This document shows, in pieces, positions 52,945 to 64,000 of a DNA stretch of 64,000 nt. A program made the translations under genes and the position numbers. The DNA is from Takakia lepidozioides (taxonomy: Eukaryota > Plantae > Bryophyta), in assembly GCA_030704615.1 (NCBI GenBank), contig CM060734.1:23994001-24058000 (forward strand). Direction: 5' to 3'. Each line of letters starts with the position of its first letter. The first letter of the stretch is position 1. Below the pieces are notes generated by a model. It searched no databases. It had not been told where the DNA came from and worked only from the letters and a program-made list of their open reading frames with translations.

Positions 52945-53714
52945 CAGTGTTGGCCGGGTATAGCACTCTACCCCGGTTAGTGAGTCGGTTATCACCCTGG
53001 TTAGTAGGTATACATAACCGCATACATGGTATTTCTACAAAACAGAGCAAATAGATAACCGACGGTTGGGAGGTGAGTATGTATATGTATATGTACCCTA
53101 TATTAAGGTTAGCACTACACTCTATACCCGGATTAGTAAGGCGTTTTGACCACCCCTAGAACGGTTAAGTATACGACACGCCTCCTCACACAACGCAACT
53201 GCATTGATTGCCATGATTGCTTGCATGCCTCACTATTGGCAACTTTTGCAAGAGATGCGCTCAATATGTATAACTTATTGCTATGTTAAATGTTAGCCAA
53301 CTTCCCTCTTTGGCTTTCTTCCTTTCTTACTTTAGTCATTTTATTTGTCATTGTCTCATGTACTTGGAGCATTCTAGCATTACCTATCTATTACTCATAT
53401 TTATTAAAGGTTCTCATCTTCATTTGGATGTCATGTGGGAATTGATTATTTTTAAAAAAAATCATTGAGAAGTGCCCATTCAATATATTATATGTAACCG
53501 CCAATTGCATATATATCCGCCAATTTTAGGACACCTCTAACCGTCCTATTCATAACCGTCTAAATTTGAAGAATTTTGTAGAATAGATAACCGATGGATA
53601 TACTAAAATAAAAAAATATATCCTTATACATAACCATGGAGTGTGTCCATCCCAAAAATATTGAAGTAACCTTAACCAGCGGATATGTAAAATTCTTATA
53701 ACCGGCCAACACTG
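52945..53714. mobile_element. Non-autonomous hAT-like MITE (about 770 bp)
   Basis: 13-bp TIRs CAGTGTTGGCCGG / CCGGCCAACACTG. Degenerate 8-bp flanks GTATAGAC and GTTTGTAC. Many subterminal TAACC/GGTTA motifs. Confidence 0.78.
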
Positions 53715-54026
53715 GTTTGTACGTGTGGCTGCTTGAGCTCGTCTCTATGATTATTTGTCTATGAGATGTACAAGGATTAGTTGTTCGGCAGCTGGAACAA
53801 TATCCACTAGTTGGCTACTGCTTCCAGGGCAAGAAAAGCCTGCAAAGGCTCCACCACCCCTTTGCTCCTGGAGATACTTAACTGTTGTGTCATAGACCTA
53901 GGTCCATGTTCAAGCTAGCGGAATGGAAGCTAAACATGTCAGTACTTTCAGTCAAAGTGTGCAATTTTGAAGCAGCCAATAACTTGCACTTATATTGTTT
54001 TCTTTGCTGGTGATTTATGGGGCAGT

Positions 54027-54141
54027 GACATGAGTGAAGTTGTCAAGTTGGGGGAAGGCACATTTGGAGAGGCTTTCAAAGCAGGTGGCAATGTTTTCAA
54101 GATTGGACGGCAATCTCCAAGTCAATGGTGAAATGCAGAAG
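54027..54141 (+). pseudogene. Orphan haspin kinase exon with frameshifting deletion
   Basis: SEVVKLGEGTFGEAFKAGGNVFKI, frameshift, DGNLQVNGEMQK, then GT. Matches the plant haspin N-lobe pattern KIGEGTYGEAF..KIVPIDG..VNGE.QK. Confidence 0.85.
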
Positions 54142-54149
54142 GTAGTAAT

Positions 54150-54345
54150 CAGATGCTTACCAAAAAAATTCAGCCCAACCATGCAACATTTGTTCGCATC
54201 TGCAATGCGTGTGCCAGCCTGGAAGCCCTGGAAAGAGGGCCAGAGGTCCATGATTTTGTCGAAGCTGAAATTGTACCATATGTCATTCTGAACGTCACTA
54301 TCCACCAATGCGTATGCGAGCATGGCGGCATTGGAAAGGGGCGCA
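54150..54345 (+). pseudogene. PLS-class PPR gene fragment
   Basis: MLTKKIQPNHATFVRICNACASLEALERGPEVH resembles the plant PPR P/L motif junction (P+..TF...L.AC.....L..G..+H). Confidence 0.7.
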
Positions 54346-54439
54346 GAGATCTACAGCGACATCGTCAAAGCTAGAATTATATAAGCTAGATGACACTATG
54401 AACATTGCCCTCGTGGACAACAATGCGTGTTAGCATGTC

Positions 54440-55230
54440 AGCAATGATGTTTATTCGGTAGTGAAAATAGGTCTCCGGAAAATTCCACTGCCTAGTATAT
54501 CGGGAACAAACTGTTAGCATGTAGTATTCAATAGTAACATGTATATCTAAATGTTTCCACTGCATAGTAATATACTCAACTACACATCAGCATTGGTTTT
54601 ACTCAGTAGTGAAATAGGTATCCATTGCATAGTGATATTGGAAACTACCTATCAGCATGTGCTAATCAGTAGTGAAATTTATATCCTTTATGCCTTCAGA
54701 CCGTCCAATGGGCCCTCGATGGCCTGGACGTTAAAGAAACTTTATCTTATCTTATCTGGAACTTGCCACTACATAGTAATCTATTCAACTACATGTCAGC
54801 ATGTCTTGATAATACATCTTGCTCATTAGTGAAATGTGTCTAGATATTTCCACTAATTGTAACAACATCAACTACACGTCAGCATGGCTTGGTAAGAATC
54901 TTACTCAATAGTAAAATGGGAGATAGTTCCCTTACATAGTAATACTTTCAACTACATGTCAGCACATGGTACGTCACTTCTTACTAAGGAGTGAAAATCA
55001 TGGTCATCAATAGTCACTATATAGTAAATCATTCCACTACACGTGTACTGATGTAATGAAACGTATTACTACCACGTGTAGTGGTGTAGTGAAACTCATT
55101 CACTACCAGGTGTACTACTGTAGTGAAACCTGACACTGCCCGAACCCCTACCTGAAAAAATTGGTGGGCCCCAACATAGTGAAATATTTTCACTGCCTGA
55201 AACGACTACCCATTTTACTTCACTACATGC
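54440..55230. repeat. Degenerate tandem array (AACTACATGTCAGCA / TAGTGAAA / CACTACATAGTAAT)
   Basis: The motifs recur every 50-80 bp, consistent with a DNA-transposon subterminal region. Confidence 0.6.
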
Positions 55231-56894
55231 CGGGATTCTTGCTGTACGATTGCATGGGGACGGAGCTCCGCCCTCTCACCACTCCCTCCGCCAAAGTCTG
55301 TAGTCATGGTTATCTTCTAGGGTTCTGCTATATCCTTTATCCCTTGCGTACCTTTTACCCTCTTATTTTAGAGGCTCCGCCTTTTAAGCTCTCTCTAAGT
55401 TTAGCTCCGCTCGCCGCCATGGCCAAGCTGGTCTCTTCCCCCGCTGCTGCGCAGCATTGGGGCCTTGCCTCGAGCTGTTATCTCTATGCTTTACATGTCC
55501 TGCTCATGACATCTCCTCTAAGCTCCTCGTTCTTCTCTCTGTCTTTTTCTAGCACTTCTACGTTCCTCTTCCTAGTGTTTTTTGGGTGTGCTTTGACCAC
55601 GATCACACTACGACTTCCCTCTCAGCGGGCAAGGCGCATCTGGACCCCGACAAGCTACTCCGCAAGCCTGCGCAACGCGCAACACTACGACAGCTTGAGC
55701 CATCATTTGCCATATGTTTTTCTCCGAGGTGCAACTTTCATCTTGTTCCTCATTCTGACCTATCGACACTCCTCCGTTTATCGGGGGAAGCTCTACCACC
55801 CGCCCTCTCTCTATCAGTCAACGACTCACCATGCAACAGTAAAGCCTACATCGACTCATCCCCCTCTATGGTTGGTTATGACTACTCAGATCGGGTATGC
55901 AGGCAACATTTCAATGCCGCTCCCCCCAACGCGATTCCCAACCCTTAGTGGACAACAAATTTTAAGCTTCAAGTTTCAAGTTTCAAGCCCCTGATGGACA
56001 ACATATTTTAAGTTTCATGTTTATGATGGTGACAGTTTGGGCGGGTGGCCTCTCTCCCACCTCCCCTCTTTCTTTCAAGGCGCGCAATGTCACATGCTGC
56101 AACGTACTCTAAAAATGGAGCACCTCTTAAGACATTTTTCGCCCCCAATGGGCGCACCTCTGGTGAGGCGATTTTCTACCTCGCTTTGAGAAAATGAGCA
56201 ATATCATCTGGTTACAATGGAACAGGCTACGGAGTTGGATCATACGTCAGCCCCCCACTAACTCGAATTCCACCTATATACAGGGAGCATACTCACCCTT
56301 CGATCATAATCTTCCATACCCCTCCCCCCTCCTCCATAGCAGACCTTACCCCATGTTTGGCCCTCTTTTATCTATTATTCAGTAGGCGTCTTGCACCATG
56401 TCGCGGCCTGGCCTTATACAGTACCTCAATTCTGAGTTCAGCCTGTTTAGTTCACCTCTTAATCTTACCACCTCCTAGCTCATGTACCCACAACTAGACA
56501 CAAGCTACTCTACTTTCTACAACTTCAACGTGCACCACTCCACCATGCCCTCTCCCTCCTATTTTGTACGAATCTTCTACTGGCTCCATGCTCATTATCC
56601 AGTTTATTGGCCCCCCCGCCCAGCTGCAAACCCTCTGCTCGCCATGCCTGCCAACAGCATTCACAACATCAGTAAACACTCCCAAGAGCCACCCAACCTC
56701 TATTCCATCCCCCCACCCCCTTCAATTTTATACCCCAGTACTTTGCCAAATTGTAAAACCCCCGCTACAATCCCAACATACTCTGCCCTCGGTATTAACT
56801 CTTACCTTTCTTTTACAGGAGATATAACTGGTTGAGTTGTCATGGGTGTTACGCCCCTTTTTTTTACTTACAATATTTTATGCCAGTGCGTGAG

Positions 56895-58010
56895 ACGCAT
56901 TCGTAGAGACGTTGCTATAGTTTTCAACCTTAATGATCCAGACGTGTGGGCACGTGCATGTGATCAACGTGTAAAGTTGTTCAAGAAAGTCATGCCCATG
57001 GCTTTTGAGAATCTTGCCATTGCACCGCACCGCAATACGTTGAAGTATGCCACAATACGTGGTGGGGCTATCGTCCCGAGGTTCAGAGGTTTCACCCTGG
57101 TGACTATATTTATCTACAGCCGATTGCTCCTATGACCCTGGATGTGACTACATGACGTATTATTCTGAGGGTTCGAGAGGTGTTGCGCTCATGAGTCGTA
57201 ATCTTGGAAGGTCGGGATGAAATGACTTGGAAGGACCATATGTGTAATTGCGCGTCATGATACCTTCCCAACGTTGATGGCGGGATTGACCCAAACCTAG
57301 TAGTGGTACCTACAGGTTTGCGGTGTATGTTGTGTGGATTTGCCGGAGGGGCAGCCACCATGTTGATGTGTGATTGATGCTCAAGAGGTTGGCACATGGG
57401 ATACTTGACGTCACCTCTTGAGATGGTTCGTGATGGGGATTAGTCGTGTCTACGCTGCATTCGATAGTGGTAATGGAAGGCTAACAAGAAACACAAGACC
57501 AAGCTACTATGAGACCAATACACGAGATCTCTAGCTCAAATTCATAAATTGCAAGACGACAACTAACGATGGGGCTATTACTACATCTTGTAGCAATCTA
57601 AAGTTAGAGAGACCTAACCACAAGCTAGGGGGATGATTGTGGCATACGGGGGTTGGTATCCTGTAAACACAACGTGAGCATGCTCACGTGAGCACGGTGT
57701 GAGCACAACCCGTGGTCATAGGGGTTAAATGTTTTCAACCGCGGTCATAGGAATTACATGTTAACAGGCACGGTGCATATGAGTACCTTCAGATTTATTT
57801 TCTCAATGCAAAAATAACTTTTCTGGGGTTTGAACTGCCGATACCCGGACTGAAAACTACGATTTTTGTTTTTCTGGGGTTTTCTGGGGTATCCGGTTCG
57901 CATAACGTGAGGAAACCCCAAGCCTATAGGGTAACATGTTTATCGTGTATAGGTGTTACTTGTTTCTTACGTGATGCTGTGAGGGCATGTGTAAGCAGTT
58001 AAAAAAAATT
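56895..58010 (+). mobile_element. Older copy of the PHD-tailed Gypsy: integrase end, PHD, PPT and start of 3' LTR
   Basis: IRRDVAIVFNLNDPDVWARAC..MPMAFENLAIA. Decayed PHD at 57320-57465 with stops. Purine tract AGCTAGGGGGATGAT, then TGTGGCATACGGGGG at 57638. Confidence 0.85.
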
Positions 58011-58507
58011 TCGCATTGCATTATAAAGGCCACGTTAGACTAAGGACCGAAACCAAGATCTTGGTGGCTTAACTGCATATTAAATTATTAATATTAAAAT
58101 GTGAATGCGTTGTCGAAACAAGCAAAATTAACAATCTTACTTGATTCCGAAGGGCGATTGCCTTTCGGTGGGAAGGTGGATACCTTTATGACATCCACCA
58201 TGTGGTATGAACCCCAAAACCACCATTGAGGCAGTTTGTGCCATTACCATTCGGCTAAATGTTGAAAATGTATGCAACTTGACGGATCTATATGGATCTC
58301 AAGGGACTTTGAGATGTGAGAAAAATCTGAGAAATGAAGAAATGGGAAAAATGTGGACACTAAATCACCCCACCCATATTAGTGAGCAAGGAAACCGATC
58401 TTGGATCGATTTCCCAAAACAACAACAAAACATCTTTGAGCCAAATATGCTCAAGATAACCAACACAAGGGAGAAAGAAAAGAAAAATCCGAAGGCAGCT
58501 TAAATTT

Positions 58508-58706
58508 TATATATATATATATATATATAAAAAGGGAAACACCTGGGAGCGACAGCTCACAATTCAGGCCCCTCGCCGTAAGGCTTTCCGATGTGACACC
58601 TGCACAAGGAAGGGGGAGAAGAGTGTACCACACCCGTCAAGTAGCAAGATTTGACCCCAAGGTCATCTGGATGGCACTCAGTGCACTTTACCAACTGAGC
58701 TACTGA
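58508..58706 (-). mobile_element. tRNA-derived SINE
   Basis: Minus strand reads GTAGCTCAGTTGGTA (A box), then GGTCAAATC (B-box-like) about 35 nt downstream, a ~110-nt body and a (TA)n tail at 58508-58529. Confidence 0.7.
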
Positions 58707-60015
58707 CTATTGGTGATATTTTACCAAGTTAATAATTAATAGTACGACGTACATAATTGAGGGAATTTGATAGTAAAGGCTTTACCAAGGGGAAGTTTAT
58801 CCTGGGGAAGTTGCAATAGGACGCAGTCTCCTCTTTAGGGAGGAGCCGATAAACAACATGAATGAATGTGGTTAACATGACATCCCCTCCAATATGTATA
58901 CGATGGAATATCATAATCCAATTTTTAGCCTGGGCATTGACATAATTTGCCTTATTCAGCCATATTTTTGAGACAGGCAAAGGTCCTGCCCATGTATTTT
59001 CCTGGATGCTCAAATCCTGGCCGTGAAAACACTTAGGCAGGAACTTTACCTCTTACATTATTTTGAGTCCCACTCAAATCCAAATCCATGATTCTCCAGT
59101 CTTTGGATTGTTGCTTTCCAAGTGCAGCAGAGCTAAGTCTTGTATTTCTTTCCCATATCTAGTTTTTTTCTGACTCTTATAAGGCCTTTGGGATGTAGCA
59201 TCCGATGCTCTTCTCCTTTTCTCTTTTAAGTGCAGGTTCCACAATGTTTTAAGCCACAACGAAGTTCGATATAGCAATGTTGCAGGAACCATTGAATGTT
59301 ACTTGCCATGAAATTGCTTCAGCAGTCATCAGAGTCTTCTGACACCTCAAAATACCCTGTTCCAATTCATGAGTCTAAACTGAACTTGGCAGAAAGAATG
59401 ACAGACATCGCCGAACAACACTATGAAACACCTGAATCTATGGAAACAGAGTTAGTAGACTTATTACAGCGACAACAAACATGAGACACCGATTTATGTT
59501 GTCCAGTATCCAGCCCCTTGCTGGATCCCAATCAAATGAGTGAGTGCGATACCCACCAAACTTGCAACTACCGTGTCTGCAGGCAGGAAGGTGGTAGCCA
59601 TGCTGTACGGCAAATCAGGTTTTGACAGTTATAAATCTCCAACATGGGGCTGGTGAAGATTGCATCCAAAAGACCAGAGCATCAGGGTTCAGCCAGAAAA
59701 GAGTGAGCAGAACAGGTGTGTTGGGCTGATGAAGGACTTGATCTCTTCTGACCTGCTAAGTGAACATTTTGAACCACAGACAGCATCAAGAACACTAAAT
59801 CACTCGGGAGAAACTAGAGAGCTCATTTATGTTTTGGGGACAGGACGGTCTAAAATTGAGGCCTAATATTGACCTTCAAACTGAAGCAAGATGTTATAAA
59901 CACTAAAGCCAGGTACCTCAAGTGCCTCCAGATCCAAAATATTACAATTGAGTGCATCCAGAGATGGGTGGCGAGGGAGGCCGAATGTGTGTGTGTGTGA
60001 GAGAGAGAATGTACT

Positions 60016-60544
60016 CATAAGACGTTGTTTGCCATAGCCTAGTGGCCATTGACCCTGCGCCCAGTTTGAGCGGAAAGCAAAGGGACAGAACCTACCTCTG
60101 TCAGGGGCTGACATGGTAGTAAGACTTACCTTTTTACATAGAATTGATTCGGGTTTTCCAGATATCCTCTAGAAATCCCTTCACACAAGCATCAATCTGC
60201 TGTGTGTGATTTGCCCAAAAACTAGGCCTCAGAAGGGCCTGGGCTTTTGGCTCAGCCTCGAGACTTTCAAAGTTGGTAAACAGAGGTACAGGCACAATTC
60301 TCTTGATGGATTGGAGGAGAGCTTCTCTCTGGTGAGAGTACCCCGGACAGTGAATCAGAAAATGAATATTGTCTTCGGGTTGCCCACACAACAGGCAATT
60401 GCACTCTCCCTTTCCTCTCTGCTTCTGTTTACTGTTCAAAGGTAGGCTTCCTGCCCTGAGTTTAAATTTCAGTCTGGTGCCGAGAGTGGGTAGACCCTTG
60501 AGGTCATCCATGATATCCTCCCCCATGTCAGACTGGAAACAGGT

Positions 60545-60548
<4 letters not shown>
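60016..60548 (-). mobile_element. 5'-truncated LINE (C-terminal Cys/His finger plus 3' UTR) with target-site duplication
   Basis: FKLRAGSLPL..CLLCGQPEDNIHFLIHCPGY..R. Flanked by GAGAGAGAGAATGTACT at 59999-60015 and about 60573-60589. Confidence 0.8.
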
Positions 60549-60585
<37 letters not shown>

Positions 60586-61049
60586 TACTTGTTGACCATT
60601 CCATCCCTTCAAATTGACATACAATCAGGATGGTCACCAATGTACTGTGATCCTTTCAGATAGGCTTTTACAATATCAAGATTTGACCTCCCCATGACCG
60701 TATTCATCAAACCCCCTGGCATCAACGGGAAGTGACACATAAAAAGAACCAAATGCCTAGAGGAAAGTATGTGGCAAAAACTTTCTCTGATCAGGGTCAG
60801 TACATAATGGGACAAAACCAGTATTGGTGGCGAACCCTGTCACATCTTCACACAAGACAGAAGGCCGAAATGGACTCCACCTCGTATCTAAAATGTTCTC
60901 AAATCTTGGGATCAGGCATCAAGCAGCACTACCATCTCTCTACAGGGGCACAGAAACATTACGGTCGCTAGCACCATCCATGACGGGAGGGCAGTGGCTG
61001 CGTGTGAGAGAGTTGAAAGGGCTTCTTCCATAGCCATAATTGATTGCCT

Positions 61050-63983
61050 CTACAGCACTTGCTTTGGCTCCAGCTTGGTCAGTTCCGAGAGGGGCATAAA
61101 TGTCCTGCCAGGGTCCCCATCTTCATCAACAATGTTCACAAATCCTCGGCAACCAGGGGACCCACAGTAGCAGGTCAGCTGTTCATCTTTTGACATAAAC
61201 CTGTAGTCATACGTCAACTCCTCCGATTGTCCAATGTCACGCTTTGCAAAAATAATGAGCCGATCCTCGCCACTTGCAGTGACCACCCGAGAATAACAAT
61301 TTGGCTCACAAGAATGGTTTATAAGATGTGCAATGCTTCCAGTGTGCGTTGCATCCACCACACGCTCATCATCCACACGAAACATGTATGTGCCTGCACC
61401 CACAAGAGAGTCATAACAACACCGCTCCCTGATATCAGCAACAATAGGTCGTACGACCTCACCTGCATACTCAATCACCATGTCATTGGCATGGTGCATT
61501 TGCTTTGTAAATACCCCCCATCCATGGATTGCAGATTTTCCAAAAGTAAGCCGTTGATTAAGGGAGGAGCGCATACGACGAAATTTCTCTGACATGGACA
61601 AAACTAGTTCACCATCTTCACTGCCATTGGGGGCACTGGGTGAGACAGGGGAATGTGAGGACGCCCCTGCTTTATTGGGTACCCAGTGATAAGACCAGAG
61701 GCTTCCTCCCTTTGACTTGGATTCTCCTTGTGGCACATTCTGACGATAACCAGTAACTGTGTATGGAAGATTCTCCACAAAAAGCCGTTTGGCAAGGGCT
61801 GCAGCAAGTGCCTCAGGCTCTCGCCGTCCACGCCTTGCTGCAGCATTGTACGGCTCACTGCGAGCACATCCAGAGGGGTTGAGAGAAGGGCTGTAACAGG
61901 AGCAATCTAGTAGGGGCTGTTGTGGCGAATGGACCAGTTCACGGGCCTTGGTAGGCTGCTTATGTTTGCGGCAGTATGACATTAGTTTCAGCTTGGCTTC
62001 TCCATTCCCTCTCCTCTTATTCTCTGAAAACTCCATGCAGAGGCCGGCAGAGCGAGCACAAAGAGGATGATACGCCACCCGACAGTGACTGTCCCCACAC
62101 TGAATGCAAGCTCCATAAGGTACTTTGCATACACTGCAAGTTAACTTCCACCGTTCCTTGTTGATAGCACTGATACCATCCACTGGCTCCATCCGCTTAA
62201 GATCCATCAAACCTGTTTCAGGTATCCATATAGCACACATGAGGTGAGCCCAGCGCCCATCCGTTGTCCTCTTCATAGCCCCACCTGTGATAGGGCAGAG
62301 ACAGCAAGGAGGTCGGAGCTTGGGAGCATCAGATCGACAAAGGTTGCACAGCCATAGATCACCATCCGGCGGTTCCAGCTCCCCATAACAAACCATGTGA
62401 ACCATGAGGCAGCATTTATCACACTGCAACAACAGGTTGTCCTCATACTCCTCATCCAGATAGCACACTGTACATCGGTCTAAGTGTTTCCATGGCACAT
62501 TAATCGGCTTGTACCCTGCCGGCAATAGTTCCTCAGCTCCTTCCTCCAATGGAGACTTGTCCAACCACCCCGTAAAGTTTGAGCAGGCTCTTGAATTTGG
62601 CAGCCCCTGAATAAGCTTGGCAACACGTGGATGGGTGAACCCAAACATAGCGACCCCTGATCTGAGTTGAGGTCGCTTCTCCTGCTCAGGACTTGCAAAG
62701 ATCCCACACTTCTCTTTTGCCTTCTGTAATTTCATGTACAACTTTTTCCAGCATGCTGCAGGTGAAGGCCCCTCAATTGGCATCTCATCTGCTGGACTAA
62801 CCCGAAACAGGGGCATTGACCGCGAACATGGGTTCCTCAACACTTCCATCTTGTACTGAACCATTCTTTCTGGGTCTCTTGTTGAAGTGTACATGCGCAC
62901 AGCAGTGTATCCTTCAGTCCAGATATGGTTCTGGTCATGAAATCGCTCTGAATCTCTAACAACTTTCCCCAAGCTTAACACACTAAGTGTCCCCAAGTTC
63001 AAAGGAAGGGTGAACAGGCTCTGCACACTCTTCCTGATAGTATGCTTCCTCTCATCTCCCAAAAAATCCTGACCATCTGGCTCTGCCCCACATTGTTCAG
63101 TCGCTGGCCTCTGCCTCTCTATTGCACCATGTACACCATCTCCAACTACATCATCTTGCAGGTGTGTCATCAACTCAGGAAGCCTGCATTCCTTTAGATA
63201 CCTCCCTACTTCTTCTACACCTTGCTCAAATGCTGCCCGTTTACACTTTGAGTGATACTTACACAGCAGGCCCGTTGAGAAGAGCACCATCTTCTTGGAG
63301 CTGATCCTAGCATGATCATAGCTCCCAAAAAACTGAACAGGAAGAATACCTTCGCGATTGGCAGGTTCCAGGCCACATGCCTTTGCGTGCTCTTCGTCCA
63401 TTACAAACGCAGGCCACATTGGATAGCCCTTCACCTTCGCCCAGACAATATCCCCCTGACCTAACGTCCCTTGGCAGTTCTCCAGTCCAGCAGCTAAGGC
63501 AGCCAGCTCATCCGGATTTGGCTTCTTCCTGCACTCCGATTGTACACTTGACTCCAGTTCTTGCAACTCGTCTGCGGAAACCTTCAGCTTCACTCGCTCT
63601 TTGGCAACAACAACCCACTCCTTCTCATTATCTTGGTAGTCAATTCGATGTCTCTGTTTCTCTGAGTCGTACGTATGAATGACTCCAGGATACCACTCCT
63701 TATCCATAGGCCAATAGACCTTGCAGCACCGGCCGATCAACGCTAAGGGATGGATTTTACCAAGCTCAATTTCCTGCCACTGTGGAAGATTCGCCTTCTG
63801 CGACAAGAACTTTTGCATAGCTTCGGTCAGCTTTCTTGTTCGAGGAGTCATCCGGCAGGTTTTGTTTGCTTCTTCGAACTCCATGCTCCTCCCCTTGTCA
63901 TATTCCTCTGGGATGGCTGTCTGTCTTCTCTGAAACCCTATAACTTTCTTTCTTCCTGTTGCCAAGGCCCCAACCTTCTGCAT
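61050..63983 (-). CDS. ATX2: Trithorax-group histone H3K4 methyltransferase, ATX1/ATX2-like; intronless here and probably continuing beyond the window edge
   Basis: 977-aa uninterrupted ORF. Tudor-like (KVYWPMDKEWY), PWWP (VWAKVKGYPMWPA), FYRN/FYRC, PHD (CTVC..LLQCDKC..VHMVCYG), ePHD, SET (GKSAIHGWG..HLINHSCEPNC..EELTYDY) and post-SET (CYCGSPGCRG). The frame stays open to base 64000. Confidence 0.96.
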   Translation of the reverse strand: MQKVGALATGRKKVIGFQRRQTAIPEEYDKGRSMEFEEANKTCRMTPRTRKLTEAMQKFLSQKANLPQWQEIELGKIHPLALIGRCCKVYWPMDKEWYPGVIHTYDSEKQRHRIDYQDNEKEWVVVAKERVKLKVSADELQELESSVQSECRKKPNPDELAALAAGLENCQGTLGQGDIVWAKVKGYPMWPAFVMDEEHAKACGLEPANREGILPVQFFGSYDHARISSKKMVLFSTGLLCKYHSKCKRAAFEQGVEEVGRYLKECRLPELMTHLQDDVVGDGVHGAIERQRPATEQCGAEPDGQDFLGDERKHTIRKSVQSLFTLPLNLGTLSVLSLGKVVRDSERFHDQNHIWTEGYTAVRMYTSTRDPERMVQYKMEVLRNPCSRSMPLFRVSPADEMPIEGPSPAACWKKLYMKLQKAKEKCGIFASPEQEKRPQLRSGVAMFGFTHPRVAKLIQGLPNSRACSNFTGWLDKSPLEEGAEELLPAGYKPINVPWKHLDRCTVCYLDEEYEDNLLLQCDKCCLMVHMVCYGELEPPDGDLWLCNLCRSDAPKLRPPCCLCPITGGAMKRTTDGRWAHLMCAIWIPETGLMDLKRMEPVDGISAINKERWKLTCSVCKVPYGACIQCGDSHCRVAYHPLCARSAGLCMEFSENKRRGNGEAKLKLMSYCRKHKQPTKARELVHSPQQPLLDCSCYSPSLNPSGCARSEPYNAAARRGRREPEALAAALAKRLFVENLPYTVTGYRQNVPQGESKSKGGSLWSYHWVPNKAGASSHSPVSPSAPNGSEDGELVLSMSEKFRRMRSSLNQRLTFGKSAIHGWGVFTKQMHHANDMVIEYAGEVVRPIVADIRERCCYDSLVGAGTYMFRVDDERVVDATHTGSIAHLINHSCEPNCYSRVVTASGEDRLIIFAKRDIGQSEELTYDYRFMSKDEQLTCYCGSPGCRGFVNIVDEDGDPGRTFMPLSELTKLEPKQVL

Positions 63984-64000
63984 TGCTGCAGATATCGTTT

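Noticed and set aside
58635-58706. Genuine tRNA gene
   Set aside because: The B box is degenerate, there is no clean cloverleaf, and it has a body and (TA)n tail, which fits a SINE.

Overview
Eukaryotic, transposon-dense window from a land plant, probably a seed-free one. This is inferred from GT-AG introns, plant-type ATX, haspin, SerRS, B3 and PLS-PPR sequences, and a Naiad/Chlamys-like Penelope RT. The only clearly intact host gene is an intronless trithorax-group H3K4 methyltransferase (ATX1/ATX2-like, 61050 to the window edge, minus strand). The rest is nested, decayed mobile DNA: PHD-tailed Gypsy fragments (4 copies), a chromovirus with both LTRs, a tRNA-Gly-primed non-chromovirus Gypsy, CACTA segments (one carrying a SET-domain gene), LINE and SINE remnants, a hAT MITE and orphan host exons. 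The most unusual system lies at about 2.8-12.5 kb, with related pieces at 18.4-19 kb and 25.8-26.1 kb. It is a spliced, decayed gene for a ParB-like domain fused to a prokaryote-type beta-class amino-(N4C/N6A) DNA methyltransferase. About 16 copies of a 24-bp palindrome (GTGATGATCGGTACCGATCATCAC) lie in its introns, upstream of it, and in a second cluster. A Penelope-like RT follows it on the same strand. All family assignments come from motif recognition by eye; no searches were run.
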